From Paraspadella gotoi (lineage: Eukaryota > Animalia > Chaetognatha), in the NCBI GenBank assembly GCA_051294375.1, contig CM119264.1:5651810-5715809 (forward strand): a DNA stretch of 64,000 nt. Direction: 5' to 3'. Within the stretch, counting starts at the first letter, position 1. Each line of letters starts with the position of its first letter. A model generated the notes under the pieces. It did no database searches. It was not told the DNA's origin and worked only from the letters and a program-made list of their open reading frames with translations. Below are positions 39,746 through 52,702 of the stretch, in pieces. The position numbers and the translations under genes are program-made.

Positions 39746-40958
39746 CTCTCTCGCTACTCTCTTCCTACCTCCCGTCCTCCCATCCTCTTCTCCCCCCCGT
39801 ACTCTCTTCGTTATTAAACAGTGTGATTCCCCTTTGTTGTTTAAAATTATTACCACGTCATCCTTCCGCTGACCGATTCTGCCGCCGCAGCCGCCGCCGC
39901 AGCCGCCCCCGCTGCCGCCGCCGCCTCCTTAGTTTACTTTCAATAAAGAAAATGATATTTTTTTTTCTCTTTCTCTCCTTAAATATCTCTAAAACTATGT
40001 CATGTATTTAATTTTTTTTTATGTTCCAGCCCCTTAAAAATAACTCGTTTTCATTGAGTTATCTTTTAAATCTTTTAAACCTTGCAAATATTTTCTATTT
40101 AACTATTAATCCTAAAATAACTCTGACGTTTTCTTTTATAATTTCCTCACTTTTTAAACACTTTCTTTTCTTTGCACTCTCGTCCTCTTCTTTCTTTCAC
40201 AATCCATTTTCGTCGACGCCTCACTCACCTTCGCGTCTCAACCTTTCACGATCACGTGAGGCCGTCGTCTTAAGAGGCGCCCTTCGCTTTCACTCGACGC
40301 CGCACCTGAAATGATTGACCCGTCACGTCCGCTCGCTTGACTTGTCACGTGACGTGAAACCTCACTGCTACCCTAACAGCCTCTTTCTCTGTGAAACAGT
40401 TTAAACTTACTTACTTTAAATCTCAGGCATTCACACATTTTCTCTTCACGAATTCGCGTGAAAACTATTGTCGCTCTTTCCTTTCTCGCTTCGGGTGAAG
40501 TCTCACGGTGAAATCACTTCCTTCGACTCTTGTGAAACTTTATCTTTTTCACTGCTTTTTCTCTTTACTGAATGAGGCGTCTTTCTCCTTTCGTGAACTT
40601 GTCATTATAAGTTAAGAGAACTAAATATCGAGGCTTGTTATATATTATTTTTATTTTGTTTAATTTAATTTTTTTAGTAGAATTGATACTAATTCAAGTT
40701 TGTTTAGAATTCCTTTGGTTCTTCACCATTATTTTTTTATTACGCAGTCTCGAGGAAACCGAGTACTTTGGGTTGTCAGTGGTGAACTTCAACCTAAATT
40801 CACCTAAAAACTACAGTTTCGGAGAAAGAAAGAAAGAAAAAAAATGAGGAATTCCATAATTCACAAAATAATCGGCGAACGAGGTTATCACTGATGATAA
40901 AGTAGCCACTTTGTGAAAAATCTCGGGGAAAGAGAGAGAGAGAGAAGAGAGAGAAGAT

Positions 40959-40991
<33 letters not shown>

Positions 40992-41470
40992 TTAATCTCT
41001 GCGCGCGAATGTCATGGAATTTTTGGGATGAGGCTGAAGATGGATCTCCTTCAATATGAGGTTGAGGGGAAGCAGGGAAAAAGGGAGAAATTAGTAATAA
41101 GTGAATAAAAAATAAAACGAGTAAATTTAATAATTAGTGTAGGCCAAATATAAGAGCCGGATGAAATAATACAAGTAAAAAAGGCAGATAATGAAAGGAA
41201 GGGAAATTTGCTCCAAACCTCCTTCCTTTTTTTTTTACGAGATTCATGTGAAGCGATTTATGATGATGATCTTTTAAACGATTTCCCTTCGATGATACTC
41301 CTCTTCTTCATTTTTTACGTCTCCTCATCTTCATTCTCTCGTTTCCCTTTCTTCATTCTTCATTCTTCTTTAATCTCATTCCCCAATTCTCCGTTCTTAT
41401 CGTTTTCTCTTCTGCTCTACATCGTTTAACGTCCTCTTCTTCATTATATACTTTATTCTTCACTGTCCCC

Positions 41471-41721
41471 TTTGTCATTTTCGATTATCTTTTGTCATTT
41501 TCTATTATCTTTTGTCATTTTCTAATATCTTTTGTCATTTTCTATTATCTTTTGTCATTTTCTAATATCTTTTGTCATTTTCTATTATCTTTCGTCATTT
41601 TCTATTATCTTTTGTCATTTTCTATTATCTTTTATCATTTTCTATTATCTTTTGTCATTTTCTATTATCTTTTATCATTTTCTATTATCTTTTATCTTTT
41701 ATCTTTTGTCATTTTCTATTA
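41471..41721. repeat. 20-bp minisatellite (TTTTGTCATTTTCTATTATC), ~12 copies
   Basis: Seen directly. Confidence 0.93.
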
Positions 41722-42504
41722 TCCTCTTCCTCATATCCTATTCTCCTCAGTCATCATTGTCAAATCCTTTCTTTCTTCTTCTTTTCTACTTTCCCCCTCT
41801 TCATCTCCTTCATCCTCCTCCTCTTCCTCCCCCTTCTCCTCTTCCTCTTTCTCTTCCTCCCCCACACAAGTCCCTTCGCCCCCGAAATCGTTTTCTCCCA
41901 TTAGATAAACGAATCGTCGATTTGCATATTTTCGCTCAAACCAAAATAAGAGAACCGCGTTGCTCTCCTAAAAAAAAAAAAAGAGGCTCAATCGAGCTTA
42001 ACGTTTGACCTTTTAAAAAAAATTGTAATTGCTAATCCACAACAAAATTACTTCGGCCTTCAATTTCAAAAAAGATAGGATTCGTAACCGATGTATAGAC
42101 AGACAGACTGACAATACCGCCAAGTCTGAAATCTTCTCGCAACGTTTATTCCTTAATTTATACAAAAAGTATTAATATTAAAGCGAGGAAACGCGCCGAC
42201 GCTCCCCCCCCCCTTCTTCTCGTGTTATGACGGAGAAAATGAGAGAAGAAAACAGAGAAAAACGTAAATTAGAATTTGAATTCCAAATCGCGGGCGATGA
42301 CGAGTCGAAGGAGTGGGGAAAGTGGTTTCTGGGGTGGAGAATATGGGGTGTTGAGGGAGTGTTCGAGAGTGTTGAAGGCCTAGAGAAGTTTTAAAGAGAA
42401 TAAAGAACTGTGGAGATGTTTTGGAGAGAGATGGAGGGATCAGTGAAGTCGGAAGGAATGTTTGTTGGTTTAGGAAAGTATAGGAGTGGTTAGAGGATTA
42501 TAAA

Positions 42505-42722
42505 ATATGAAATAGGTACAACTAATATATAAATTATCCATTCATTTAATAAATAAGCTATCTTGCTCCTGACTTTGGACGGGCTTTGGTGGTTTAAGGC
42601 CTTACAAGATAATGACATAGCAGGTCCCTGCAAGCTTTCAATCAAGACTCTCTCACAGTCTCGTTTATTCACTCCCAGAGTTTCTAGCGTTCTTATCAAC
42701 GAAGTGATATAATATGTTTCAA
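42505..42722. mobile_element. Dispersed repeat family A (possible non-LTR retrotransposon 3' end on the minus strand)
   Basis: About 220 bp closely similar to 55684-55910; minus-strand translation TLGVNKRDCERVLIESLQ. Confidence 0.75.
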
Positions 42723-44981
42723 TTGTATGAAAAGATGTTGGATTGAAATATAGAAGCTGCTAAGAACATATTTTAGGGTTACTAAGAGAGGGAGAATAAG
42801 AGAAAAGGAAACAAGTTGACGAGAAGTTTCAAGAAAGTTTTAAGAAAAGTTGAAAAAGGTAGAGTTCAAGACAAGCGAAAGAGACTGGCAAAGAAGACAA
42901 CGAGATAAAAAGGAAAGAATTTAAATTTTGGCGTCAGAAGGAAGAAGCCAAAAAGAACGAGATTGTCGGGCGGAATACGGGACTAGAAGTTCTGTCGAGG
43001 AAGAAGCAGACCGACAGGAGCAAAGGGGAAGCGCAAAAGCCGAGCCGACAAAACGAGGGGGGAATGGAAGAGAGGACAGCGCGCGGGGGGGTGGGATGTG
43101 GAAGAGACGGCCCACGTCGGCGAAACGAATGATATTCATGGGCTGGGAAAATTTATCATAGGATTCCGACATCAAAGGAGAATTAAGTAAAAAGAAAGAG
43201 AGATTCTTAACCTCCTTCGACGAAGAACGATTTTTTTGACGTAAAACGAAAAAAAAAAAGTTGGAAAGCGACGGTAGAGGGATATCTCGGAAATGCGTCG
43301 TCGTGGAAAAGATGCTATTTTTAGCTATTTCGCGAGTTACTTTTAGGGCTTTTTTTAACAAAATTGTATTATCGCTTGTCGGAGAACCACAGTAAAAATC
43401 AGATATTATTACATTATCTTATCCTTTGAAAGTTACGGGTTGACTGACGCACTAGCACTCACTCGCACACGCCTTGATCAACCGCTCCTTATATCCACAT
43501 GCTGATTTTTATTTCTCGTCTTTGTCTGCAAGCCAACTCACCGCTTCTCTCATTCACAGTGTGAATTCACCGGCCGTGTCTTCTTCGTCGTGATTCACAG
43601 CCCCTCCTCGTCTCTCCTTTGATTATTTGGTTCCACCAACGAAACCAGAATTGGGTTCCAACCAATTCGCCAGGGAGGAACGCCTCGGAGCCAAGGAGCT
43701 TCGTCTCTGTCTCCGCTCAAGATCCGGCGTGCTCTCCTCATCTCTCTCTTCATGCTCTCTCTCTCCTCTCGTCTCTCCTCTCTGTGCTCTGCTCTCTCGT
43801 TCTCTTGCTCCTCGTTCCTCGCACGTTTACATTCAATCCTTACCCGTTAATCTCTTTCTTTCTCGTTGTCCCTTCTAATCCACCCTATAATCTTTCTTAA
43901 TCTCGAATCAGCTTTCTCTTTAATCCTTCTTTCTTCCCTTTCTCCATTTTTTTTATCTTTCTAATTTTCTCCCTTCGTCTTCCCAATTAACCTTTCCAGT
44001 TTTTCCCTCCATAATTTTCGATTTCAATCTTCACTCTTTCTCTTTCACTTCCGCCTTCTCACTCAACGACCAATAGCGATCCTTCCATTCCTCGGTTGCG
44101 CTCTTCAATCAAAGGATGTTCGCTCTTTTCTGTTTCCTGGCATCAGTTCTCACGTTTCCTTCCTTCTTTCATTTTCCTCTCCCCTCCCTCCTTACTTAAA
44201 ACCCGCCACTTTAAACTTTCCCCTCTCCCTCCCCTCCCTTCTTTCCCTCTCTTCTTTCCCCCTCGCCTCAGCCCTCACTTCAAACCGGCCACTTCATTAG
44301 ATGCAAATCATCAATTTTCCCTATAACTCTGCTTCATTTTCACTCCCTCCCCTTTTCTTTGCCCTTCCCTTCCCTCTCCCGATCCCCTCCCCTTTTCACT
44401 CCCTTCCCTTTCCTTTGCCCTTNNNNNNNNNNNNNNNNNNNNNNNNNNNNNNNNNNNNNNNNNNNNNNNNNNNNNNNNNNNNNNNNNNNNNNNNNNNNNN
44501 NNNNNNNNNNNNNNNNNNNNNNNNNNNNNNNNNNNNNNNNNNNNNNNNNNNNNNNNNNNNNNNNNNNNNNNNNNNNNNNNNNNNNNNNNNNNNNNNNNNN
44601 NNNNNNNNNNNNNNNNNNNNNNNNNNNNNNNNNNNNNNNNNNNNNNNNNNNNNNNNNNNNNNNNNNNNNNNNNNNNNNNNNNNNNNNNNNNNNNNNNNNN
44701 NNNNNNNNNNNNNNNNNNNNNNNNNNNNNNNNNNNNNNNNNNNNNNNNNNNNNNNNNNNNNNNNNNNNNNNNNNNNNNNNNNNNNNNNNNNNNNNNNNNN
44801 NNNNNNNNNNNNNNNNNNNNNNNNNNNNNNNNNNNNNNNNNNNNNNNNNNNNNNNNNNNNNNNNNNNNNNNNNNNNNNNNNNNNNNNNNNNNNNNNNNNN
44901 NNNNNNNNNNNNNNNNNNNNNNNNNNNNNNNNNNNNNNNNNNNNNNNNNNNNNNNNNNNNNNNNNNNNNNNNNNNNNNNNN

Positions 44982-45292
44982 AACTTTTCCCCTTCACTTC
45001 GGTGTCTGCCAGTCCCCATCCTCCTCCCCTCATCACTTCAAACCCGCCACTTCAAACTTTTCCCCTTCACTTCGGTGTCTGCCAGTCCCCATCNNNNNNN
45101 NNNNNNNNNNNNNNNNNNNNNNNNNNNNNNNNNNNNNNNNNNNNNNNNNNNNNNNNNNNNNNNNNNNNNNNNNNNNNNNNNNNNNNNNNNNNNNNNNNNN
45201 NNNNNNNNNNNNNNNNNNNNNNNNNNNNNNNNNNNNNNNNNNNNNNNNNNNNNNNNNNNNNCCGCCACTTCAAACTTTTCCCCGTCTCTTCG
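44982..45292. repeat. 73-bp tandem repeat interrupted by N gaps
   Basis: AACTTTTCCCCTTCACTTCGGTGTCTGCCAGTCCCCATC starts at 44982 and 45055; CCGCCACTTCAAACTTTTCCCC recurs at 45262. Confidence 0.8.
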
Positions 45293-45876
45293 GTGGATGC
45301 GAGTCGCCAACTCTTCATCCCCAGACTTTTGCTATTAGGATCTCGGGGGACAAAAGGGAAGGCGTCGCCGTTGGCCGCCGCAGCAGCGTCCGAAGCCGCC
45401 GCCGCTGCACTCGCCGCAGCAAAAAGCCGCCGCCAGGTCGAGTTATTAACAGGCGTTGATGAATATACTGGGGGGAAAGACCGAGAGTCGTGGAAAAGGG
45501 AGGAAAGGAAAGGAAGGAAAAAGGAGGAAGATCTGTCCAAGATCACTTTTCTTTTTTTTTCTTTTTTTCTTTCTTTTTTTTTTAGTCAATTTTTTTTTCT
45601 TGGCTTTTCTATTCTATTATTCTGACTTTTTTTTCGTTGGTTCTTTTTTTTTTTACAATTTTTTTGTAATTCCTTTTTTTAGAATTTAAACTTTCATTTT
45701 TTTCCTTTTTCCTTTCTTGATCTTTTTTCCCCTTTTTCCTTAGTGCTTTTTTCTCCATTCGTGCTATTTTGCCAGGAAATTCAATTCTCATATTAATTTA
45801 ACTTCTTCACTTATCGCTCTCTTCGATACCACACTGCGTCTTACTGTACTCAGCTGAGCAAACGAATTTATTTGCG

Positions 45877-45912
<36 letters not shown>

Positions 45913-47978
45913 NNNNNNNNNNNNNNNNNNNNNNNNNNNNNNNNNNNNNNNNNNNNNNNNNNNNNNNNNNNNNNNNNNNNNNNNNNNNNNNNNNNNNNNN
46001 NNNNNNNNNNNNNNNNNNNNNNNNNNNNNNNNNNNNNNNNNNNNNNNNNNNNNNNNNNNNNNNNNNNNNNNNNNNNNNNNNNNNNNNNNNNNNNNNNNNN
46101 NNNNNNNNNNAGAGAGAGAGAGAGAAAAGACAGAAAAAAAGACAGAGAGAGAGAGAGAGACGTTACGAGCTTTAGGGAAAGAGGGTCCGCTCAGTGATAT
46201 AGACTCTCGTTAGCACATGTTCCTCCCATGAGACGATGGTGGTTATCGGAGACGGCGCAGATGGTGGTGGTGATTGCAAAAGTGATTCAGTTGATGGCGA
46301 TTGCGAAACTGGTGGCGATTCTAAAAAACAGTCGTCCGCCAGATGGCGATGGGAAAGATTTAATCTTGCCACGGATGTTTGTGACATTTGCGGCACTGAT
46401 TACCGTCATTATGGCGACGAAGATGGCGCCGCTTATTGTCCATCAAGGAATAGCGCCACCTCAAGCGTCGGCGGCCACTCTAAGGGCCGCGCGAAGCCGG
46501 CACGGCACGCGGGACGCCTTCCACGGCCCTTTCCCTAAAATGTTTGCAATTCCTTCCCTCCATTCAATTTTTGTTTATCTCGTTTCTCCCTCACTTTGCT
46601 CCTTGCTTTTTTTTTTCTTCTCGCATTAACTCCTTCTCTGTCTACTTTTTTTCTATTCAGTTCCATTCCCTTCTCCCACACCCCCTTGCCAAAGTTCCAT
46701 TTTCTTTTCAATCCCTCCTTACTATTTCTTACTTCTGTTCTCTCTAAATTTCCCTCCCTTATTTTTCCCCCATTCTCCCTCCTCAATTTCTCTCCCTTTC
46801 TCCTCCCTTCCTTCCACTCCCCCTTACTCCCGCCATTCTCTCCCCCCCACCTTTCCTCACCTCTTTTCTCTAATCCTTTCCACATTCTCATCTGCATGTT
46901 CTATTACTCCGAAGACATGAGATAAACACGGACCGAAGACCCCCCCTCGCTCCTGCTCTTCTGGCTCTTCTTCTTAGCTCCTCCTCCTCTTTGCTCCCCT
47001 TGCTGCTCGTGTTGTTCCCTTCCTTGGTTTTCAACTCGCTCCTGTAATCCATTGTTTCCCCCAGAGCGCGATATAAAAGCTCCACTAACTTACAATCAAT
47101 CACTGCGACGCTTCGTCACTTTACAGTTCACAGCCGCAGCGAACAGACTCGACGACGCTCACCAGATTCCCTCGATAAATCTCACTCCAGCGCTCAGACG
47201 ATTGAGGTCAACTACATACCGTATCGGATTTACTCCATCAAATCAACCCCAGCGGCTTTGCCCGATATGGCGATGAAACATTGTTTTGTAGACTGACTCT
47301 CACTCTCACTCTTCTTTCTATCTTTCTTTCTTTCTTTCTTTCTTTTTTTTCTCCTTGTGCGAGACACTCGACCATCCGTTTCTCGCTCCACCTGCTCCTA
47401 CTCCTCCTCCGCTCCTCCTCCTCCTCATCTTTTCCAGGCCAATTCGGCATGAAAAACATTGCATGTGACCTTCTCAGCTGTTTTAATACGAGGTTTGCTA
47501 GGCTGCTGCCAGGCGGAAACCAGGCCGGGACCAGGCCGGATTACATTTTCGCTTGTCCGCGTCGCGCTCCTCCTCTTCCTTTGCTCCGTAGAACTCAGCC
47601 TTTTTCAATTTCACTCTTTCAAGGATTTTACTTTCTTTTTTTTTTCTTTTCTTTTTCTTTTTCTTTTTTTTTACATTTTTTTTTTTTGACTGGCCGACTT
47701 TGATTTCTGACATTTTACAGTACTAAAATAAAACCCAAAAAAGTTAAAATTGTTTTGTAGTTAATAGAATTGATTATTAATTTAACGTTTAGTTTAGACA
47801 ATAAACTAATTACAAAAGCCCTAAAACTTAATTGAAATTCATCCAATGAACGTAATTCTCTCTCCTTTCTCTCTTCTCTCCATAAATCTTACCATAAATC
47901 TTCCCTAAAATCTTCCCCCCATTCCGTAAATCTTCTCCCGACGCGGGAATTTCTAAAAAAAAAGTTGCGTCCTTTCTC

Positions 47979-48178
47979 CTGATTGGCTGCGTCTGCCTGA
48001 AACACCTCGCCAATCGTTAATCGCTTTTCATTTGCATACATCGCCGGTCCAACTCGATTTCTGATTGGTCTGAAATGAGGAAAGCGCCTCGCTAGCGAGA
48101 CCCAACGCCTCCCAACCGATTTCTCGTTTCCATGGCAACCGACCGTCTCTATTTCGCTCCCCTTCTCCCTCTTTTCTG

Positions 48179-48252
<74 letters not shown>

Positions 48253-48275
48253 CCTCTCTCTGTATCGATTTGCAT
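47979..48275. promoter_or_regulatory. Promoter/enhancer-like cluster: RFX X-box, three CCAAT boxes, two octamers
   Basis: GTTTCCATGGCAAC at 48126-48139; CTGATTGG at 47979 and 48061; CCAAT at 48010; ATTTGCAT at 48030-48037 and 48268-48275. Confidence 0.55.
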
Positions 48276-49226
48276 TTTTACGAATGTTATTCAACGTTCG
48301 AATCCTTTTTCTTCAACAGAAGCGAAATAAAAAAGATCTCGAGGTTAAAAAAGCTAATTCTTCGAGTTCGGGTCGTTGTCGATGTTTTTCTAGTTGTTGT
48401 TATTGTTGTTGTCGTCGTCGTCGTTTCATGTTTTTGTTTGTCTTAAAAGAAGACCATCGCCTGTGATGATTGTCGTTGTTTTCCATGAGCTACAATTACG
48501 TTCGGGGCCAATTTTCTTTTAGCTTTTCTTCTCTCGTTTGTTTTGTTTTTATCTTTCCTGTTTGTTTTTTGTTTTTTTTTTCTCCATCTATGTTTTCTCT
48601 CTTCATTCGTTGGCCTCTTTTGTTTTTTCCTCCCTCTTGTTTTTTTTTTCCTTTTGTTTCTGTTTTTGTTTCTCCTTTCGTTTTCCCATCGAAGGCCGTT
48701 AATTATTGAATGGAGAATGTCGAAGGTTTCTCCGTTTTCTTTTCGAGTTGTCAANNNNNNNNNNNNNNNNNNNNNNNNNNNNNNNNNNNNNNNNNNNNNN
48801 NNNNNNNNNNNNNNNNNNNNNNNNNNNNNNNNNNNNNNNNNNNNNNNNNNNNNNNNNNNNNNNNNNNNNNNNNNNNNNNNNNNNNNNNNNNNNNNNNNNN
48901 NNNNNNNNNNNNNNNNNNNNNNNNNNNNNNNNNNNNNNNNNNNNNNNNNNNNNNNNNNNNNNNNNNNNNNNNNNNNNNNNNNNNNNNNNNNNNNNNNNNN
49001 NNNNNNNNNNNNNTCTTTTCTTTCCTCCATCTCAAAGATCGACGAAGATTGTAAGGAAATGACTTCGCCATTTTTTTTTTTAAAGAACGAAAAGTCGTAT
49101 TGATTGGTTTCATCGCTGAGTCTTCCTATTTCTGTTTATCTGTTTATCAGTTCGTCTTTCTGTCCATCATCAGTCGTCGGTAGACAGTGAGAAGTCAGAC
49201 ATAACGTTTCTCTTAATGCGGTCGAG

Positions 49227-49316
49227 TAAAATAAAATAAAATAAAATAAAATAAAATAAAATAAAATAAAATAAAATAAAATAAAAAAAATAAAATAAAA
49301 TAAAATAAAATAAAAT

Positions 49317-49347
<31 letters not shown>

Positions 49348-49359
49348 TAAAATAAAATA
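49227..49359. repeat. (AAAAT)n pentanucleotide repeat
   Basis: Seen directly. Confidence 0.95.
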
Positions 49360-51610
49360 TGGGGAGCAGAAAGACTCTGACTTTTTAGAATTACGCGGAT
49401 CTCACGGAAGATATGAGAGAAATCATTCGTATCAAACTTAATTTACCTACAAACAAACGTTTTAAAAATCGAACTTAGAGCTTCGAACCAATCGAATTTA
49501 AAAAAAAGGTAAACAAACAAATCATATTTCCCAAATCTTAAAATCACTCCAATTTCTAAAACATATTTTACTCCCAAATTAACTGGATAGAAATCACAAA
49601 GATTCCACGTCACATTTTGGTCATTTTTTCAGCTCAAATTATAATTTTCCCCCGTCTCACCCAAACAGCAACTTTTTCCGCAGTCTCCCCCCCCCCCTTC
49701 GCCTCCTTCTCCTCTTCCATCGCTTCGGCCAAAAAAGAAAATCCTTCGTGACTTAAAAAATGTAAAAAATTCCCGTCCACGTGCGAAACCCATAAANNNN
49801 NNNNNNNNNNNNNNNNNNNNNNNNNNNNNNNNNNNNNNNNNNNNNNNNNNNNNNNNNNNNNNNNNNNNNNNNNNNNNNNNNNNNNNNNNNNNNNNNNNNN
49901 NNNNNNNNNNNNNNNNNNNNNNNNNNNNNNNNNNNNNNNNNNNNNNNNNNNNNNNNNNNNNNNNNNNNNNNNNNNNNNNNNNNNNNNNNNNNNNNNNNNN
50001 NNNNNNNNNNNNNNNNNNNNNNNNNNNNNNNNNNNNNNNNNNNNNNNNNNNNNNNNNNNNNNNNNNNNNNNNNNNNNNNNNNNNNNNNNNNNNNNNNNNN
50101 NNNNNNNNNNNNNNNNNNNNNNNNNNNNNNNNNNNNNNNNNNNNNNNNNNNNNNNNNNNNNNNNNNNNNNNNNNNNNNNNNNNNNNNNNNNNNNNNNNNN
50201 NNNNNNNNNNNNNNNNNNNNNNNNNNNNNNNNNNNNNNNNNNNNNNNNNNNNNNNNNNNNNATTTAATGATTCCTCAATTTCCTTATTTGCTTTATAAAT
50301 TCATATATATAAAACTATTAACTTCAGTATTAGATTGAACTACTGATGTTAAAAGCTAAACAATAAAACTGATTAAACCAAATAAAATTTACTTCATACG
50401 AAAACTAAATTGATTTTGTAAAATTTTCAAAGTCGAATTCCTATTTATTCTTTCACCCACATAAAGAAAATTTCTCGAAAAGAAATAATTCCCTCTAATC
50501 TCTCTCTCTCTCTCNNNNNNNNNNNNNNNNNNNNNNNNNNNNNNNNNNNNNNNNNNNNNNNNNNNNNNNNNNNNNNNNNNNNNNNNNNNNNNNNNNNNNN
50601 NNNNNNNNNNNNNNNNNNNNNNNNNNNNNNNNNNNNNNNNNNNNNNNNNNNNNNTCTCTCTCTCTCTCTCTGAATTCTTGTCATCGCTCTCCTCCTTACA
50701 CAACATCCTCGCATCAAACAAACGAAAATTGTTTTTGAAATTTTCCGCAAATCTTCCGCCGAAGAAGAAAAAAGAAAAGAAAAAGAAAAAAAAAGAAAAA
50801 AGATAATAAAAAGAAAAGAAATTCACAAAACTAAAAAAGTGAACAAAAAAATGGAGAGAGAGAGAAAAAAAAGGGGGGATTTTCTCACAAAGGGAAATCG
50901 CGTTTAGGGAAGAATGAAGAATTTAAAAAAAAATAATAAATGCAAAATGAAAAGGAAATATGGTTTTAAAATTAATTTGCCGCAGACGATTGTTCATTCT
51001 AGATGATAGTTCTTTTTACATTTAGCCACGATTAATTAATGGAGGAAAGGATTGTTTCTCTTGCGCATAATTTATCATTGATATACTTTACGTATGAAAG
51101 GGATTTTAAAGCTCAGATGATAAATAGTATGGAGTGCTTTTAGTAATAAGTAACCGCGCGAACACACGTCATGGTCGTCGTCGTCGTCATCGTCGTTTTC
51201 TTCGCAATCGTTGTCACAGGTTGACCTGACCAGTGACCAATGACCAGGATTACGCTTAACTTACCTTTAAATCTCACCACGTCAACGGCTTCATTAGCTG
51301 GGTGCGAGGTAGACTTAAGAAAAACTATTTCACTCACTTTGAAAATTGTACAGGGAATAAAGAAATTTTTCTACTCGTTTTTATTTATCAGTCTTAAAAT
51401 ATATTTTTTTAAATTTAATGAGCTTCGTTAGGAACATCGTTACACTGACTTAAAAATTTTATTAAAATTTATTATTAAACTTTTATTAAAATAAATAAAA
51501 TAACAAATCTACACCAAAATTTGATGACGAGATTCAGATAACATTAACAGATGTCAATTGAAGAAAAAGAATCACAGAATACCTGGATTACGTTGTATTC
51601 TTCCCCGCAT

Positions 51611-51616
51611 TTTATT
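51611..51616 (-). terminator. Candidate poly(A) signal of the WNK-like gene
   Basis: AATAAA about 90 nt after the TGA stop; more copies near 51458-51487. Confidence 0.4.
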
Positions 51617-51706
51617 CCACATATCTTCTTAAACTTCCCTCCCGTTTTAATCTCCCCCCAGCCCCTTTTTAATCTCCCCCCCTTTTCACTTCCCCCTCCC
51701 CCATTT

Positions 51707-52636
51707 TCACTTCCCCCTCCCCCCGGCGAAAGCTCTCATCATGTCTCTGAGAACGCTCCCGCTTTTTCTCTTTTTCGAAGCTGATTTCCCGTCCGCTGCT
51801 CCGGCGCCGCTGCCGCTGCTGCCACTGCCGCTTTCCCCTCCGCCTTCCTTGTCCTGCATCCACGACGGACTGAACTGCTGAGCGGCGTCGTCGGCGCCGG
51901 GCGAAGACGGCGCCGAATCGCAGAAGGAAACTTTACGGCGCCGAGGAGATTGGTCGCCGGAATTCTGACCGGAAGGCGCCGAGGGGAGGCGGAGATTGTG
52001 TGCGTTCTTCCGTCGACCGAAATCGGTGTCCGGCGAAGAGACGGATTTGCCTAGCGGCGCCTTGGTGGCGACGGACGTCGTCGGCGTCGTCGGCGTCACT
52101 GGCGTGCCTGGCGTTCTCGTGGGCGTTGAAATCGGCGTCCTGGAACGCCGGTTGATCCTCGTCACTTCCGCGGCGTGCTTTTGCCTTAACTCATCCATCT
52201 CTCTCTCTTGTCTCGCAATGATTCTCTCTATCTCTTCCGCTTCGAACTCATAGTGGTCGTCGGCGTCGTAGTTGTTGTCGTTGTCTTTGTGGTTGTCGTC
52301 TTTTTGATTGCCGCTAGCGCTGTCGATGTGGTTGTCGTCTTTGTCGGCCTCTACCCCGCCCGACATCTTCCCATCGCAGGCGCGAATCGTGTCTTCATTA
52401 TTCCCTCCGATGCTGTTGTTACTCGCGCCGATTCCGCTTTCCAAGCTGATGTTGTTGTTGTTGTTATTGGCTTTGCTTTTGTTGTTGTTGTCGTCGTTCT
52501 TCGGCCCGACCTTCCGTTCACCGCTCATACGGTGAGCTCCGTTCCTCAGCACCTCATCCTCCTCCATCCCTCGCTCTCCCGCGGAGTGCTCCAGCGCTCC
52601 ATTCTCCAGCTCCAGCACTTCGTCGACCGGAAAGAC
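51707..52636 (-). CDS. WNK C-terminal-like protein, exon 5 (last coding exon): coiled coil EEIERIIARQEREMDELRQKHAAEV, TP-rich tract, RRKVSF
   Basis: Acceptor CTGAC(branch-like)...CATCTGTCAG|GTC; GC-rich 930-nt open frame to TGA, in frame with track ORF 51707..52618. Confidence 0.85.
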   Translation of the reverse strand, partial: VFPVDEVLELENGALEHSAGERGMEEDEVLRNGAHRMSGERKVGPKNDDNNNKSKANNNNNNISLESGIGASNNSIGGNNEDTIRACDGKMSGGVEADKDDNHIDSASGNQKDDNHKDNDNNYDADDHYEFEAEEIERIIARQEREMDELRQKHAAEVTRINRRSRTPISTPTRTPGTPVTPTTPTTSVATKAPLGKSVSSPDTDFGRRKNAHNLRLPSAPSGQNSGDQSPRRRKVSFCDSAPSSPGADDAAQQFSPSWMQDKEGGGESGSGSSGSGAGAADGKSASKKRKSGSVLRDMMRAFAGGRGK

Positions 52637-52702
52637 CTGACAGATGGAAGATTGTCAGTTTTAACAGTTGTTTTAAAAGCAACAACAACGACAACAACAA
52701 AC

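Noticed and set aside
40891-40925. Hammerhead-like CTGATGA-TAAAGT/ACTTTG-TGAAA
   Set aside because: Extra base before GAAA, and no stem III or stem I pairing.
51264-51313. Minus-strand 49-nt exon candidate with an AAG|GTAAGT donor downstream of the WNK-like stop
   Set aside because: Weak AAG acceptor, lies beyond the candidate poly(A) signals, and has no downstream partner exon I can identify.
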